A stretch of 64,000 nt of DNA, taken from Centroscyllium fabricii. Taxonomy: Eukaryota. Shown here piece after piece: positions 1 through 12,674 of the stretch; position 1 is the stretch's first letter, and every line of letters starts with the position of its first letter. The translations under genes were made by a program, and so were the position numbers. A model generated the notes under the pieces. The model did no database searches, had not been told where the DNA came from, and worked only from the letters and a program-made list of their open reading frames with translations. The DNA lies in the NCBI GenBank assembly GCA_051313645.2, contig JBNRSN020000007.1:275094001-275158000 (forward strand), written 5' to 3'.

Positions 1-79
1 TCTCTGACTCTTTCCTTTACTCCCCCACAGGACCATCGCAAGCAGCTGTCCCCACTGGACAGGAGGAACAGCCTGAGCA

Positions 80-337
80 TCCAAAGATGTGCGGGTTAGG
101 TTGATTGGCCAGGATAAATTGACCCTTAGTGCTAGGGGGATTAAATATGTGGGGTTACGGGGATAGGGTGGGATATGTGTCGGTGCAGGCTCGATAGGGA
201 TCAAGGGATATGGGGACAAGGCAGGGACAGGGTACTGGGTTTGGATGATCAGCCATGATCTCATTGAATGGCGGAGCAGGCTCGAAGGGCCGAATGGCCT
301 ACTCCTGCTCCTATCTTCTATGTTTCTATGTTTCTAT
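80..337 (+). mobile_element. V-SINE (HE1-like), 5'-truncated, long CR1 tail
   Basis: TCCAAAGATGTGCGGGTTAGG core followed by GATCAGCCATGATC...TTCTATG tail. Confidence 0.85.
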
Positions 338-1241
338 GACCCCTCAGAGGAAGCTGCAATATCTGAGGACGCAGCGTCAGCAGAATTCAGCACACCCAGC
401 ACCAGCGCAGACACTCACACCTCGGGGGGACCTTCGTGATATAGAGTAGTGTTGTCACCCGGTGTATCACAGCTCACAATTGAACATCAATGGATTGTGG
501 AGACAGGGACAGCAGTGGAGAGTCCTAGACGGAGGGCGCAGGACTCTGCCAGCTCAGCTCAGCTGCATGTTGACCCTCTGCCTTTGGGTCCATCCATAAG
601 ATCAGCGGTGCTGGAACTCCAGGAACAGATGCAGGAGTGGGTGGGTGAGCAGCAGCCTGGCGCTCCTGTTGCTGCTGCTGTTGTTCCTGGTTCAGCTGGT
701 GCCGCGGCTGGTGTGGGAGCTCATCTAATGCCCAGAAAGGAATGAAATAAATGGCTTTCACGCTTCTGGAATATGCCTCCGCTGAGGAAGTGCTGGGTGA
801 AGGTGCCAAGAGGGGTTTCCCAGGGGGTCACACTGGAGATGTTTGCGAGGCTCCAAGGTGTGCTTAAGACTTCTAAATGTTATCCCAATCCTGACACAAT
901 AAGGTCCTGCCACCTGCATATGATGGCTGATTTAATCTAATAATTTATGATGGACTTGCAGCTGAGAGTCAGCAAGCCGATTTCACCGGCGGGGTTTCCA
1001 GCTGCCGGGTTTTGTGTGGGAAAAGGCTGAAAATTGCAAGGGCCCCCTAGAATGCCATTATAGATGGCAACTAATGGTGATTAAGATGCCTAAAGACCAT
1101 TTCCGCCGGTCGCGGGTAGGACTGAAGCGGGCCGACCAGACACGGCAGGGGGAAAATCGCAATGTGTGGGGAAACCGGCGGGAGGGGTCACAACCCCCAG
1201 TTTTGCAATTTTGCGGCCCGACCCGCCAAAATTCCCGCCTG
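338..1241. mobile_element. Probable Harbinger-derived remnant (ORF2-like segment plus right end)
   Basis: Ends AAAATTCCCGCC like the Harbinger MITE TIRs; subterminal similarity to the 23101 family; Ser/Thr-rich STPSTSADTHTS segment. Confidence 0.4.
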
Positions 1242-1395
1242 ACTTCTTAAGGATAATTGACCCCTCTGAGTCTGTTTCCCTTGGCTGGAGAGTCTGAACT
1301 GAGGTCATAGTCTCAGGCTAAGGGGTCAGTAATTTAGGACAGATCTGAGGAAAATTTCTTCACTCAGAGGATTGTGAATCTTTGGAATTCTCTAT

Positions 1396-2160
1396 TCAAT
1401 TCAATTCAAGTTTTATTGTCATTGCAGAGTACTAGTACAATACAACGAGACGAAGACTCGATGCTCCCGTGAGTAGTGCAAATAAATTACTTGCAAATTG
1501 CATAGAGTAAAGTACATTTTCAGGTGTGCAGGTACCGGAGTTTATTTTTAGAGTTCAGGAGTTTATTTTTAGAGTTCAGGAGACTGACAGCCCTGGGGAA
1601 GAAGCTGTTCTTAAATCTAGTCGTGCGGGTGCGAATTGATCTGTAGCGTCTCCTGGAGGGCAGGGGGGCGAACAGACTGTGGCTGGGGTGTGTGGGGTCT
1701 TTAATAATGTTCAGAGACCTCCGTATGCAGCGTTTGAGGTAGATGCTTTCCATTGACGGTAGCTGGGTACCGGTGATTCATTGGGCAGTTTTGACTACGC
1801 GCTGCAGGGTTTTCCGGTCCGAGATAGTGCAATTTCCATACCAGACTGTGATGCAGCTTGTCAGTATGCTTTCGATTGTGCAGCGGTAGAAGTTGGAGAG
1901 GATGCCGGATGACAGCCTGGCTTTCTTCAGCTTCCTTAGGAAGTACAGGCGCTGTTGGGCCTTCTTAACCAGAGAGGAGGTGTTTAGTGACCAGGAGAGG
2001 TCTTCCGAGATGTGGACCCCGAGGAACTTGAAGCTGGACATCCTTTCCACCTCAGCCCCTTGGATGAAGATAGGGGTGTGTCTTCTGCTTTCAGTCCTCT
2101 GGAAGTCCACTATGATCTCCTTAGTTTTCTTGGTGTTCAGTGCCAGGTTGTTGTCGGCAC
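1396..2160 (-). mobile_element. Rex1/Babar-clade LINE 3' fragment inserted in a CR1
   Basis: FKFLGVHISEDLSW...KKAQQRLYFLRKL...FYRCTIESILT...HPSHSLF...FKNSFFPRAVSLLN; (TTGAA)n tail; host CR1 at 1250-1395 and 2161-2362. Confidence 0.85.
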
Positions 2161-2877
2161 ACCAGAGGGCTGTGGATGCTCAGTCAATGAGTATATTCAA
2201 GGCTGAGATCGATAGATTTTTCGGCACTAAGGTAATCAAGGGATATGGGGGTAGGGCGGTAAAGTGGAGTTGATGCAGAAGATCAGCCATGATCTTATTG
2301 AATGGCAAAGCAGGCACGAGGGGCCATATGGCCTACTCCTGCTTCTATTTCTTACGTCTTATGCTTGTGATATATGCTCTGGTCATCCAGAATTATCATC
2401 ATGATGAGCAATTTCCTTCAATGGTAGCAGTTGAGAACTAGCACAGTCACCTAAATAGCAGTTCTGAGCCATTATATAACCCTATGATATAACCCAGTAG
2501 GTACCACTGTGGAAGGCAAGGTGTCCGCACCAACTCCACCACTAAACACCTGGCTCTGACACAGGTACATGAGGATTAACAACAGGTATAAGTACTCCTT
2601 TGTGCAGCCACCTAGGTGCTACTTTGTAAATTGAGGGAGCTCATAGTATTATGGGACATGTATGAAAAGCATAGGGAAATGCAAAACAAACAAGACACAT
2701 TCAGCAGCATCACTCCATAATTTAATCAAATTCAGGCACTTTCACTATACCTTACATTCTACCTTTCTTTTCATGTGCGTTAAGGAAAGTGCCAGTTGTC
2801 CAAAAGTAAAAAGAACAGAGTGCATGCATTTTTATGCAGAAATAGATAAATCAAATTGTAAAATATGTCCAATAAAA

Positions 2878-3090
2878 AGGAAAACCTGCATTTATATAGT
2901 AACTTTCACGACCTCAGGATGTCCTGAAGCATTTTACATCCAATTAAGTACTTTTATGAAGTGTAGTCACTGTTATAATGTAGGATACACGGCAGCCAAT
3001 TTGCACACAGCAAGATCCCACAAACAGCAATGTGATAATGCTTTTTTTAGGCATTGGTTGAGGGATAAATATTAGCCAGGATGTCAAGGA
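2878..3090 (-). mobile_element. DeuSINE/SacSINE1-like fragment
   Basis: GCAGCCAATTTGCACACAGCAAGATCCCACAAACAGCAATG Deu-domain-like sequence. Confidence 0.75.
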
Positions 3091-3091
3091 G

Positions 3092-3510
3092 AGCTCATTG
3101 GAGTTCAGAAGAATGAGAGGCGATCTTATTGAAACATATAAGATTGTGAGAGGGCTTGATCGGATGGATGTGGTGAGGATGTTTCCAATGATGGGTGAGA
3201 CTAGAACTAGGGGGCATAATCTTAGAATAAGGGGCTGCTCTTTCAAAACTGAGATGAGCAGAAACTTCTTCACTCAGAGGGTGGTAAATCTGTGGAATTT
3301 GCTACCCCAGAGAGCTGTGGAAGCTGCAAAATTAAATAAATTTAAAACAGAGATAGACAGTTTCCTAGAAGTAAAGGGAATTAGGGGTTACGGGGAGCGG
3401 GCAGGGAAGTGGACGTGAGTCTAGGTTCGGATCGGCCATGGTCCTGTGGGTGGCAGAGCGGGCCCAGTGGCCGTGTGTCCTACTCCTGCTCCTACTTCTT
3501 GTGTTCTAAT
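3092..3510 (+). mobile_element. CR1 LINE 3' fragment
   Basis: LEFRRMRGDLIETYKI...TRGHNL...FFTQRVVNLWN.LP. Confidence 0.9.
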
Positions 3511-3515
3511 TCTAT

Positions 3516-3950
3516 GTTAGATGTCAGGAGATGGTTCTTTTCACAGGGAGTAGTGGACCTTGGGAACAGGCTGCCAGCTGGGGCAGTGCATACTGATTCG
3601 TTGGATTCCTTCAAGAGTAAATTGGGCCTGTTCCTGGCTGGCGTGTAGATCAACTCTTACAGAAGGTAGGCACTGCAGGAAATTCGGGGCCAGAGTGATC
3701 TCCTGGACGAGTTTCGATCGCCTAGATGGGTCGGAGAGGAATTTCCCAGATTTTTTCCCCAAATTGGCCACTGGGTTTTTTACCTGGTTTTTCGCCTCTC
3801 CTGGGAGATCACATGGTTTGGGGTGGGATGGAGAGTGAAAGTGGGATGGAGAGTTGGGGCTAAGATTAGATCAACCATGATCTTATTGAATGGCAGAGCA
3901 GGCTCGAGGGGCCGATTAGCCGACTCCTGCTCCTATTTCTTACATTCTTA
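3516..3950 (+). mobile_element. CR1 3' end with extended structured 3' UTR
   Basis: RRWFFSQGVVDL...SFKSKL followed by a ~130-nt module and the common tail. Confidence 0.75.
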
Positions 3951-4403
3951 TGTTCTCTTCTTTGAAATAGTGCCACCGGATCTTTTAAATCCACGCGCGA
4001 GGGCAGATGGGGCCTCAGTTTAATATCGCGTCTGAAAGACGACACCTCTGAGGGCAGCACTCCCTCAGCACAGGAAACACTTGTTTAAACGGCACCTAAA
4101 TATCCGGTATTCTCTATTAACCGGCAAAATTCTCACACCAAAAACAACACCTCAATAACCGGCAATGTTGCCGGGTCTGAGTCTCCTGCGGTGGCCGAGT
4201 TAGTCAGCGGTGGTAGTTCTCCAAACTGCCACTACTCGGCTTCTTGGCGCTGTCGGAAGTCGGAACACCTCAAAACCCCTGTAACAGGAGTCTGACTTTC
4301 CCGCCGGTAGTTTCTTCTGGTCTGTCATTTTACGGGGGTACTGTGTGTCTCCCACGCTGCTGGTAGTCACTGCATTGCAATAGCCTCAACTGGCAGTACT
4401 GTA

Positions 4404-5398
4404 CAGGTTGAAGTTCATAATCCGGCACCCGAAAAACCGGCAGCTTCAGTTATTCGGCTCAGATTTTCCCGACTGCCCGGCGCATGCGCAGACAATTCAA
4501 AATGGCCACCGTTGGGGCTGGGCTTCCCTTTCATCTAACATATACTCACTGGATCCTGGCTTAGTGACCACCCCGATGCCGATGGTGAACCCCAGGCCCA
4601 GAAAATGAGCTGTTGCAGCCTTTCGCAGGACGCGGTACAGCCAAAACTTGGCGCCCGGCTCCCCATCGCTGCCGGAAGCTGCTGCATGCTGACGGCACTG
4701 CGTTCTGAAGCTGGCATGCGGTGGCATCACGTGAGCCAGGCTTGACCCGCGCATTGGGCCTCAGGCCCACTGGAGCCGTGCAGCCCGCTCCCTGATCCGC
4801 AGCAGAATCAATGGCTGCGTGCTGACGTTACCGCGTTCCGAAACTGGCGTGCGGTGGCGTCACGTGAGCCGGGGTTGAGCCGCGCATTGGGCCTCAGGCC
4901 TGCTGGAGCCGTGCAGCCCGCTCCCTGATCCGCAGCAGAATCAATGGCTGCGTGCTGACGTTACCGCGTTCCGAAACTGGCGTGCGATGGCGTCACGTGA
5001 GCCGGGTTTGAGCCGCGCATTGGGCCTCAGGCCCACTGGAGCCGTGCAGCCCGCTCCCTGATCCGCAGCAGAATCAATGGCTGCGTGCTGACGTCACCGC
5101 GTTCCGAAACTGGCGTGCGGTGGCATCACGTGAGCCGGGCTTGAGCCACGCATTGGGCCTCAGGCCCTCTGGAACCGTGCAGCCCGCTCCCTGATCCAAC
5201 ATGGGCAGCAGAATCGAGTGCGTCCTGTGAGTTCCACCCGACCCTAGGGCTGAAAATTACCTTCTAGGTACCGGCGACGCATGCGCAGAGCATTAAAAAG
5301 TTTGCGGTGGCCATTTTGAATGTTCTGCACATGCGCCGCCGAAGCTTCAATCATTCGGCATGGTGCTGGTCCCGACCCTGCCAGATTAACTCAACCTG
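4404..5398. mobile_element. Tigger/pogo-like MITE (inner)
   Basis: TA|CAGGTTGAAGTT ... AACTCAACCTG|TA. Confidence 0.75.
4678..5197. repeat. 133-bp GC-rich tandem repeat, ~4 copies
   Basis: CGCAGCAGAATC recurs at 4798, 4931 and 5064 (period 133). Confidence 0.95.
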
Positions 5399-6232
5399 TA
5401 CTTAATCAAGCATCTTCCGCCATCCATTTAACACAACATTCTGTAGGTGAGTACCCAATTACTGTTTACTGCATGTTTCTTGATTTTTTTCTTTTTCTTT
5501 TAAAGAAATAGCCTCGGTGGATGACCCTCTCTGTCATCCGGAATTTTTGATCAACCGGCAACAAGCCAGTCCCGTCGGTGCCGGAGCCCAAAGCGTTTCC
5601 TTTACTACACTGGAGCGTCAGCCTCGATTTTGTGCTCAAGTCCCTGGAGTGAGACTTGAACTTACAACCTTCTGACGCGGAGGTGAGAGAGGCTACCAAC
5701 TGAGCCACGGCAGACACAGATAGTAGCGGCCAGGGAGTTGGAAGGCAACAGGCTAGTGACAAAATGTGTTCCCCACTCTCTCCAAAGAGATAGTCAAAAA
5801 TGTCGCAAATAAAGATAAAAAATCAGCATTTTCTGTGGGGATGAACCCTCAAATCTCCTTCAGGAGATAAATCTTGTGCCTTCAACATTTACAACACCCT
5901 TCTGGAATCTCTAAAGCTGCCATTTTTAAAACGGAATGGATTGTCCAATGTGCTAACTAACCTTTATTGTTATTATTCTTTTGGTGTGGTCTTCTGCTCT
6001 TCCCCAGAGTATGTCAGCCGTGCCCCATATTTTGTTGTTAATTGACTCCGAGGCCCCCTTCCTATGGTTGAGGAACTGTTTCAAAATGTTCCTGTTCATT
6101 AAACTAACCCACACCAAGACTGAAAAGGAGCAAAATGCACACTTCTCAAGTGTGAGTGCCCCTGTCAAATGGTGCATGGCTTCCTCAGTAGTGATCTGAA
6201 AATGTCCGCCCCACCCCCAACCCCACACTTTC

Positions 6233-6541
6233 GAATCATAGAATCCCTACAGGGCAGCTAGAGGCCATTTCGGCCCATCGAGCCTGCACCGACATGCATC
6301 CCACCCTATCCCTGTGACCCCCACATATTTAATCCCCCTAACACTAAGGGTCAATTTATCCTGGCCAATCAACCCAACCCGCACATCTTTGGACTGTGGG
6401 AGGAAACCGGAGCACCCGGAGGAAACCCACGCAGACACGGGGAGAATGTGCAAACTCCACACAGATAGTCACCCGAGGCCCGGATTTGAACCCGGGCCCC
6501 TGGCGCTGTGAGGCAACAGTGCTAACCACTATGTCACCGTG
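6233..6541 (-). mobile_element. V-SINE, full length, short tail
   Basis: tRNA-like head with A/B boxes, V-domain, (ATTCTATG)n tail. Confidence 0.9.
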
Positions 6542-7225
6542 CAGCCTTTGCTAAGGTTTATCAATTTTTGGAGGGATAGTACTAGATGACTGGCCCTAAT
6601 CAAAATAGTTCTTATTGCTTGTGCTCCATTCCAACACTTTTTACTTATGTCTACTTTTCCATTAAAAGTCTAGAACCTTGGCCCCTGAGAACCTAAAATA
6701 ATATATTGATAGCGCGCACTATTCAGTAACTAAAGGCATCTTGGTCTTTATTGGTATTGTAACACTCATGGACAACAGGAAGAGCCATTCAAGGAAATCT
6801 TGTGCCAATGCCCTTTTGTACTGAGACACTATTATTGGACAACTTCCTGGCGGTTGTAAATAACCATTCCACAGGGAACATTTCAGAGGAAAGCAGAATG
6901 AAATACAGCTTGTCGCAACAGGATCCTCTTAAATTTAAACTAAAATATGTAAAGACAGCCAAAAATACCATCAATGTGTGCTGTTTATTGTAAAAAAAAA
7001 AAGAATCTCCATTTGATTTTAACCAGGGTGTCCAGTTCAAATTTTATACCACCATTCGTGAATGGCTGTGATTTAAGCTTCAGTTAATAACAGGTGCAAT
7101 TCACTGAAGAAACAGAATGATATGCAACATAACAGGTTCTTAGCACAATGTATTGAGTGGGTAACCAAAGCAATTAGCAATGAAATGGAGAAATGATGAG
7201 AGAAATGGAGGTTCGAGAACATGGG

Positions 7226-8015
7226 GGGGGGGTGATTTTCATGTCCCCGTGAGGCGGGATTTTGGGCGGCTGGGAGGTGAAAATAGGAAATTTTGGGGTC
7301 CCGTACCAGCCCACCGGATCACCGCTGGTTTTGCATTTTCGGACGGCCTCTTTCCCCGCCCCGAATCTTTCCCACCGGCGGCCGGCAGTGATTGTTGTTT
7401 AGGTTGTTAAGGGCCCTTAATTGGCATGTTTAATGCCATTTTAAGGGCCCTTAGCCATTTTTAGCCATTTCCCACCCATTCTCCGTCAACTTAAACCCCA
7501 CTGGGTGAAACCCAGCGGGAGCACAGCGCTGGTCATTACTTTCTCCTTCAAGGTCGTGAAGGACATGCTGCAAAATGCTTGGCATGCCTCCAGCACCCTA
7601 GAGGAGTAAATGACTCCGTGGTGGGTGCACCAGTTGTGGGCAAAAATGGAGAAATCTCAGCTTTGCACATTTCCTCACAGCCGGTGCCGAGCTGTCAAGG
7701 ATTCGGAGTCCACCCGCCCACCTGTCAGTCACCAGCACTTGACCTTTCCCATTGGTTCCACTCGACTGTGATGTCACAGTGGAGTGTTTCCATGGGAACT
7801 GTCAACAACCAGTGCTGGAACTGTCAATCAAACTGCTCGATCCCCGCTGCAGCCCCGACTCGATTGAGTTAATTACCACCGGCTGCCGCAGGTGGGGATT
7901 TAATTACTCAATTAAATGAAAATTGCGTGGGGTTCCCAGGTCTTTGGCCAGGCGGGACAGGAACCCGCCCCGACCAATCCCGCCAGGTTCCCGCACTTCT
8001 AGAAAAATCTCCCCC
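7226..8015. mobile_element. Harbinger-type MITE (~790 bp)
   Basis: Termini GGGGGTGATTTT / AAAATCTCCCCC; collinear homolog at 23101-23892. Confidence 0.75.
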
Positions 8016-9393
8016 TATGTGTGGAAATTATCATTAAATGATCCAGTTAGAAGTTTAAATTGGAGAGGTCTGTGAATGGAAAATGCATTTTTTAAATTTT
8101 AAAGTATGAAACCCTCTTCACAAAATGCATCTCCTTTCGAGTTAAGAAGATAGCATTAGATTAATGTGATTTGATAGGATGTTTGATTGCAAAATCACCA
8201 AAAAATCTTGATCCAAAATTGCTCAGCCATTCTGGCAGACTCCAGTGTAGCGGTGGCATAGGTATGCCTTGTGTCACCGGACACCCCCGTGGAAGTGGAG
8301 CCCACCTAGAGCCGAGAGTGGGATGAAAGGCTGGACCTTGGAGGATGCAAAGAACTGGAATTTCTTCTTGTTTTGCTTTTTAAAGTGGCACTTTTGTACG
8401 GAAACCACGGAAACAGATAGCGGGGTAGAATTTGATATGTGTTGAGCCTGTTTTCTGGGTGTCAAAAGGATGCAAACCACACCAATTTAGCAGTGGGATG
8501 GCCTGCGCCGAGTCTGCAACCCCCGCCACCACCACCCCCGTCCCCCCAGGACAGTCGCTTTCTGCTGTCAGTTTTGGATTGTTTGGCAGTGGGGCACAGC
8601 AGATGCACTCCCAAATTGCCAATGGCTTGTTCCGGGATGGTGGCCCCTCCCACAACCTGTACACTTCGGCTGGGTCAGTGCTGGAGTTCCACGACAGGTG
8701 CAAATCCAGCTTAAGTGCTGGGATTATGTTCGCATGGCATTTCTGGGACCTTTCCTCATAGATTTTAAGAAATTATGGAGAAAGAACCATGGAATGTGTA
8801 TTGGAGACAATTAAAGAGACAAAGAAATAATAAATAAGAAGAAATCAGAAAAAGATATAAGGATGATGAGGTTAGTATTTGTTATATTTGGTGGAAGCAA
8901 ACTTTTGAAGAATTGTTCAGGTCATTAAAAGGTGAGAATGATTGCACCATGTAGCGGATTCATAGCGAGATCTCAGTCTCCATTTCCATGCATGCATTTT
9001 TGCTCGGAGGACAGGGAAGATACCATGAGCCCTTAGATCTAGGGTACCGAGCAGAAGTAGTGCGTGATACTTGGGAGACTGAAGTTCTTTTTGTTTTGAG
9101 AGTTGAAGAACCCCAATACATTGTTTGCACTCTTGGGTAGAAATTGAACCTTGTTGCACCCATTTTATGGTCGTAAAACTGGCACAAATAGGACCAATTT
9201 CAGGGGGCAACATCCCCTGCCCAATCTGCGGCAGGGGTACAAGTGCCGCCCTATTGCCATAGGCCGCTGCCCAGACACCTATGGTGCCCACCTGAAACTG
9301 GTATTGGACCCCTTGCATATGTCAATGAGGGATCTAATGCCAGGTGAGAGAAAGAATAAGGATACATTTACGCTACTCCTATCGCATGAAGTA

Positions 9394-9572
9394 CAGGTCC
9401 GACACCGTTAATCCGGCACCGTCGGGACCAGACCGGGGCCGGACTCGTAAAAAATGCGAATGAAAGAAGCTTCAGCGAGCGCATGCGCAGACCATTCAAA
9501 ATGGCCGTGGCGCATGCCGGTGGCCATTTTGAATGGTCTTCGCATGCGCTCGCCGAAGCATCAATCGTTTGG
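9394..9572. mobile_element. Half copy of the same MITE, inverted
   Basis: Reverse complement of 10557-10735. Confidence 0.8.
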
Positions 9573-10290
9573 GCAGCAGTACGCGAAGCAGGTGCTTGGC
9601 CCCTGGCACTCAGCTTTCCCCGGCCTAAGCAATGGCTGCCACCCAAAGGTGAACTTGGTTCTTTTTAAACCTCCCTGTGGAGCTAGAAGAAGCGGCACCC
9701 CTGAAGGTCTCTGTGGACCTGCAAGTGCTCCCCTCACATTCTCCATTGTCCCTTGCCCCCTGCCGATAAAGCATACCGCTCAAATTTGAGCCAAGTACAT
9801 GGGTGAACTGCATTTGGAGGCAGGCCAAGCACAAGCAACCTCACCCCTATTGTTGCAATGAGGCCTGAGGTCCAATTCCTGACCAGCCTCGAGCCGCCTG
9901 TTTCAGACGTGCGCTAGAGGTGTAATGCCAGTTACGCTTCTGAAAATGGGCCGTATGTTTGGTTCATTCCTGCCACATGACTGACTCCGAGTATTAGTTC
10001 CCCAGCTCTCACTTTCCCAAGAGCCACAGCAGGCCACAAAGAAGTTAAAACCAACAGAAAACAATGAAACATCTCCAAACTCAGTAGGAATGTTGGAAAG
10101 CTGAATGTTGCAAGCATTCTTTCTTACAACTGGGACGATTTATGATGCATTGACAGTTTGCGAGTTTAGTGTTGGTAACTTGAAGTGTAAATTTGGTGAG
10201 CAGGCCTGAATTAACTCCAAACTAGAGCGCGACTTCATCCTTCAGGAAATCTCACTTTGCTCTGTTCTGGTGTCAAGTTGCAGGTATATA

Positions 10291-10735
10291 CAGGTCCGGC
10301 ACCGTTAATCCGGACACCGTTAATCCGGAAACTTCAGTCGTCCAGCACGAATCAGGGCCTCTCCCCGACTGGTCTGCGAATGCGCAAAATGGCCACCGCG
10401 CTTGGCTGCGCATGCCCGGGCCTCTCCCTGACTGGTCTGCGCATGCAAATATGAACTGATGTACTCTGAGGTAATTGATGGCAAAGAGGTATGATGGAAT
10501 CTAAATCTACGGGGGGGGAGGGGGTTGGTGGGGGGGAAGACTCCTATTAAGTTAGTCCAAACGATTGATGCTTCGGCGAGCACATGCGCAGACCATTCAA
10601 ATTGGCCACCGGCGTGCACGGTGGCCATTTTGAATGGTCTGCGCATGCGCTCGCCGAAGCTTCAGTCGTTCGGATTTTTTACTAGTCTGGCCCCGGCCTG
10701 GTCCCGACGGTGCCGGATTAACGGTGTCGGACCAG
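10291..10735. mobile_element. Same MITE family, internally interrupted
   Basis: Same TIRs and TA flanks; ~10450-10556 is unrelated sequence. Confidence 0.8.
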
Positions 10736-11574
10736 TACTTCATGCGATAGGAGTAGCGTAAATGTATCCTTATTCTTTCTCTCTCCTGCACTCGGCTCTC
10801 TTATTTACAGATGCAAAACAATCTCAAAATGTTTTGCTTCATTCTCCAACAACATACCAGTTCCATTATATCTATAAATTCTTAACTGACCTGTCATTCA
10901 AACAAAGTGAGGGTTCTCATCTGCAACCTGAACTCTAAGTGAACCTACCATTAATTTCAAGAATACCAAGAAATTACCTCTTCTAGTCTTAAAGGGACAT
11001 GCACATGCATTCTATTTTATATAATAGAATTTTCCTATCCTTGTAAAATAATGCATCCTACGATTTACCAAAAGCAGCATCATGGAATATTTTCTAGTCT
11101 TGCATTTTATGCATATCCTTCAGGTGTCACAGTCCAAATGTTACACTTCAAAGTGCCACAGTTTGTTACAGGTGTGAAACAATATTTTTAAAAAGATGCC
11201 GGATGGCCGGATGGGGGTCTCGTTGAGGTGGGGGCTCTGCCAAATGTGCATCTTTGCGTGTGATTTGCCTCTGCCCTCTTGTAAAAGGGGCAATGAAAAA
11301 TTTGCAACAGGCAATTCCAGACTCATGTAGCCCATGATCCTGGACTCCAGTCAGCCCCATTTCCACAGCCTGGTTGTCAGTTTCTTCTCTGCATCCAGAT
11401 TTCCAGAAGGAAAGATGGTGGAAGCTGTGGGAATTCTGGCACTGGCCTCCGATGCTCTTCCGAGTGGAGACCTGACATTTCCAGACTCCTTCCGCTGCGC
11501 TTCCATCTGATTTACATGAAAGTGCAACACAGGACCAGGGACATTTGGGACCTTACTCTTGAGTACATCGCATC

Positions 11575-11790
11575 AACCTCAGTTTTAACATTTTCAATTG
11601 ACCCCCAGCCTCAACAGTGTTTTTGGGGAGAGAGTTCCAGATTTCCACTACCCTTCGTGTGAAGAAGTGCTTCCTGCCATCACCCCTGAACGGCCTAGCT
11701 CTCATTTTAAGGTTATGCCTCCTTATTGTGGACTCCCCCACCAGAGGAAATAGTTTCTCTCTATCTACCCTATTAAATCCTTTAAGCATC
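11575..11790 (-). mobile_element. CR1 fragment
   Basis: KGFNRVDREKLFPL...FFTRRVVEIWNSLP. Confidence 0.85.
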
Positions 11791-12239
11791 ATATTTGCTG
11801 GTAAAATATTTTAGTGACTTATTGAAAATGCAATTTGAAAAACTATTTTAAAATGAAAATATCGGTCTATGTGAGGGGTCTAAGATGTACAGAGATTCTA
11901 AATAGGGTGTGTTTTACAGTTTTTTCGAGGGAGAACAAAAGAAATATTTCAAGCCTTTCAGCAAAGGGTTAAGTTGAGATCAATAACAGAAGCTGAAGTG
12001 ACAAGTAGAACTGGCATTACTGAGTAAGAGAAAGCATCTCATCCTAATCTAAGAATGCTAAAGGAAGCATAGGTGAAACTAGGGAAGTGTTGGCAGAAAT
12101 CTTTTTAAAATCAGGAGGATTTCAATGGTTTGGCGACCCTAATGTGTTATCATTACTTGCAGAAGAGGTAGAAACCCAATGCAGGGAACCACAGGCCAGC
12201 TTAGCTTTAGCTTTAGGGAAGCTAGGAGACCCCCTCATC

Positions 12240-12674
12240 GAAGGGATCTCATCGAGAGAGGGGATCTCATCGAAACATATAACATTCTGACAGGCCTGGA
12301 CAGGTTAGATTCAGAAAGAATGTTTCCAATGGCGGGGGAGTCCAGAACCAGGGGCCACAGTCTAAGGATAAGGGGTAAACCATTTAGGACAGATATGAGG
12401 AAGAATTTCTTCACCCAGAGAGTGGTGAACCTGTGGAATTCCTTGCCACAGAGGGCAGTGGAGGCCAGTTCATTAAATATATTTAAAAGGGAATTGGATA
12501 TATTTCTTCAGGCTAAAGGGATTAAGGGTTACGGAGAGAAGGCGGGGACGGGGTACTGAACTTGAAAGATCAGCCATGATCTCAGCCAAAGATCAGCCAT
12601 GATCTCATTGAATGGCAGAGCAGGCTCGAAGGGCCGAATGGCCTACTCCTGCTCCTATCTTCTATGTTTCTATG
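12240..12674 (+). mobile_element. CR1 3' fragment; tail matches the long V-SINE tail
   Basis: RGDLIETYNIL...TRGHSL...FFTQRVVNLWNSLP. Confidence 0.9.

Larger units (their letters stand above)
4071..5602. mobile_element. Tigger/pogo-like MITE (outer) inserted into a DeuSINE
   Basis: Termini CAGGAAAC / GTTTCCTT|TA; splits the SINE at CCCTCAG(TA)CT.CACTGGAG. Confidence 0.6.
3955..5716 (-). mobile_element. DeuSINE/SacSINE1-like element split by nested MITEs
   Basis: 3955-4070 and 5603-5716 join into a continuous SINE 5' half. Confidence 0.7.

Noticed and set aside
1520-2110. ORFs resembling the ALKBH8 N-terminus/DUF1891
   Set aside because: They are Rex1/Babar LINE C-terminal sequence, multicopy in the window and followed by LINE tails.
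4678-5197. CRISPR-like appearance of tandem repeats (also 21940-22088 and 40800-40950)
   Set aside because: Head-to-tail units without unique spacers, no cas genes, and a vertebrate context.
8274-9411. Several overlapping 60-130 aa ORFs
   Set aside because: No recognisable domain or consistent splice structure; probably decayed repeat or chance ORFs.
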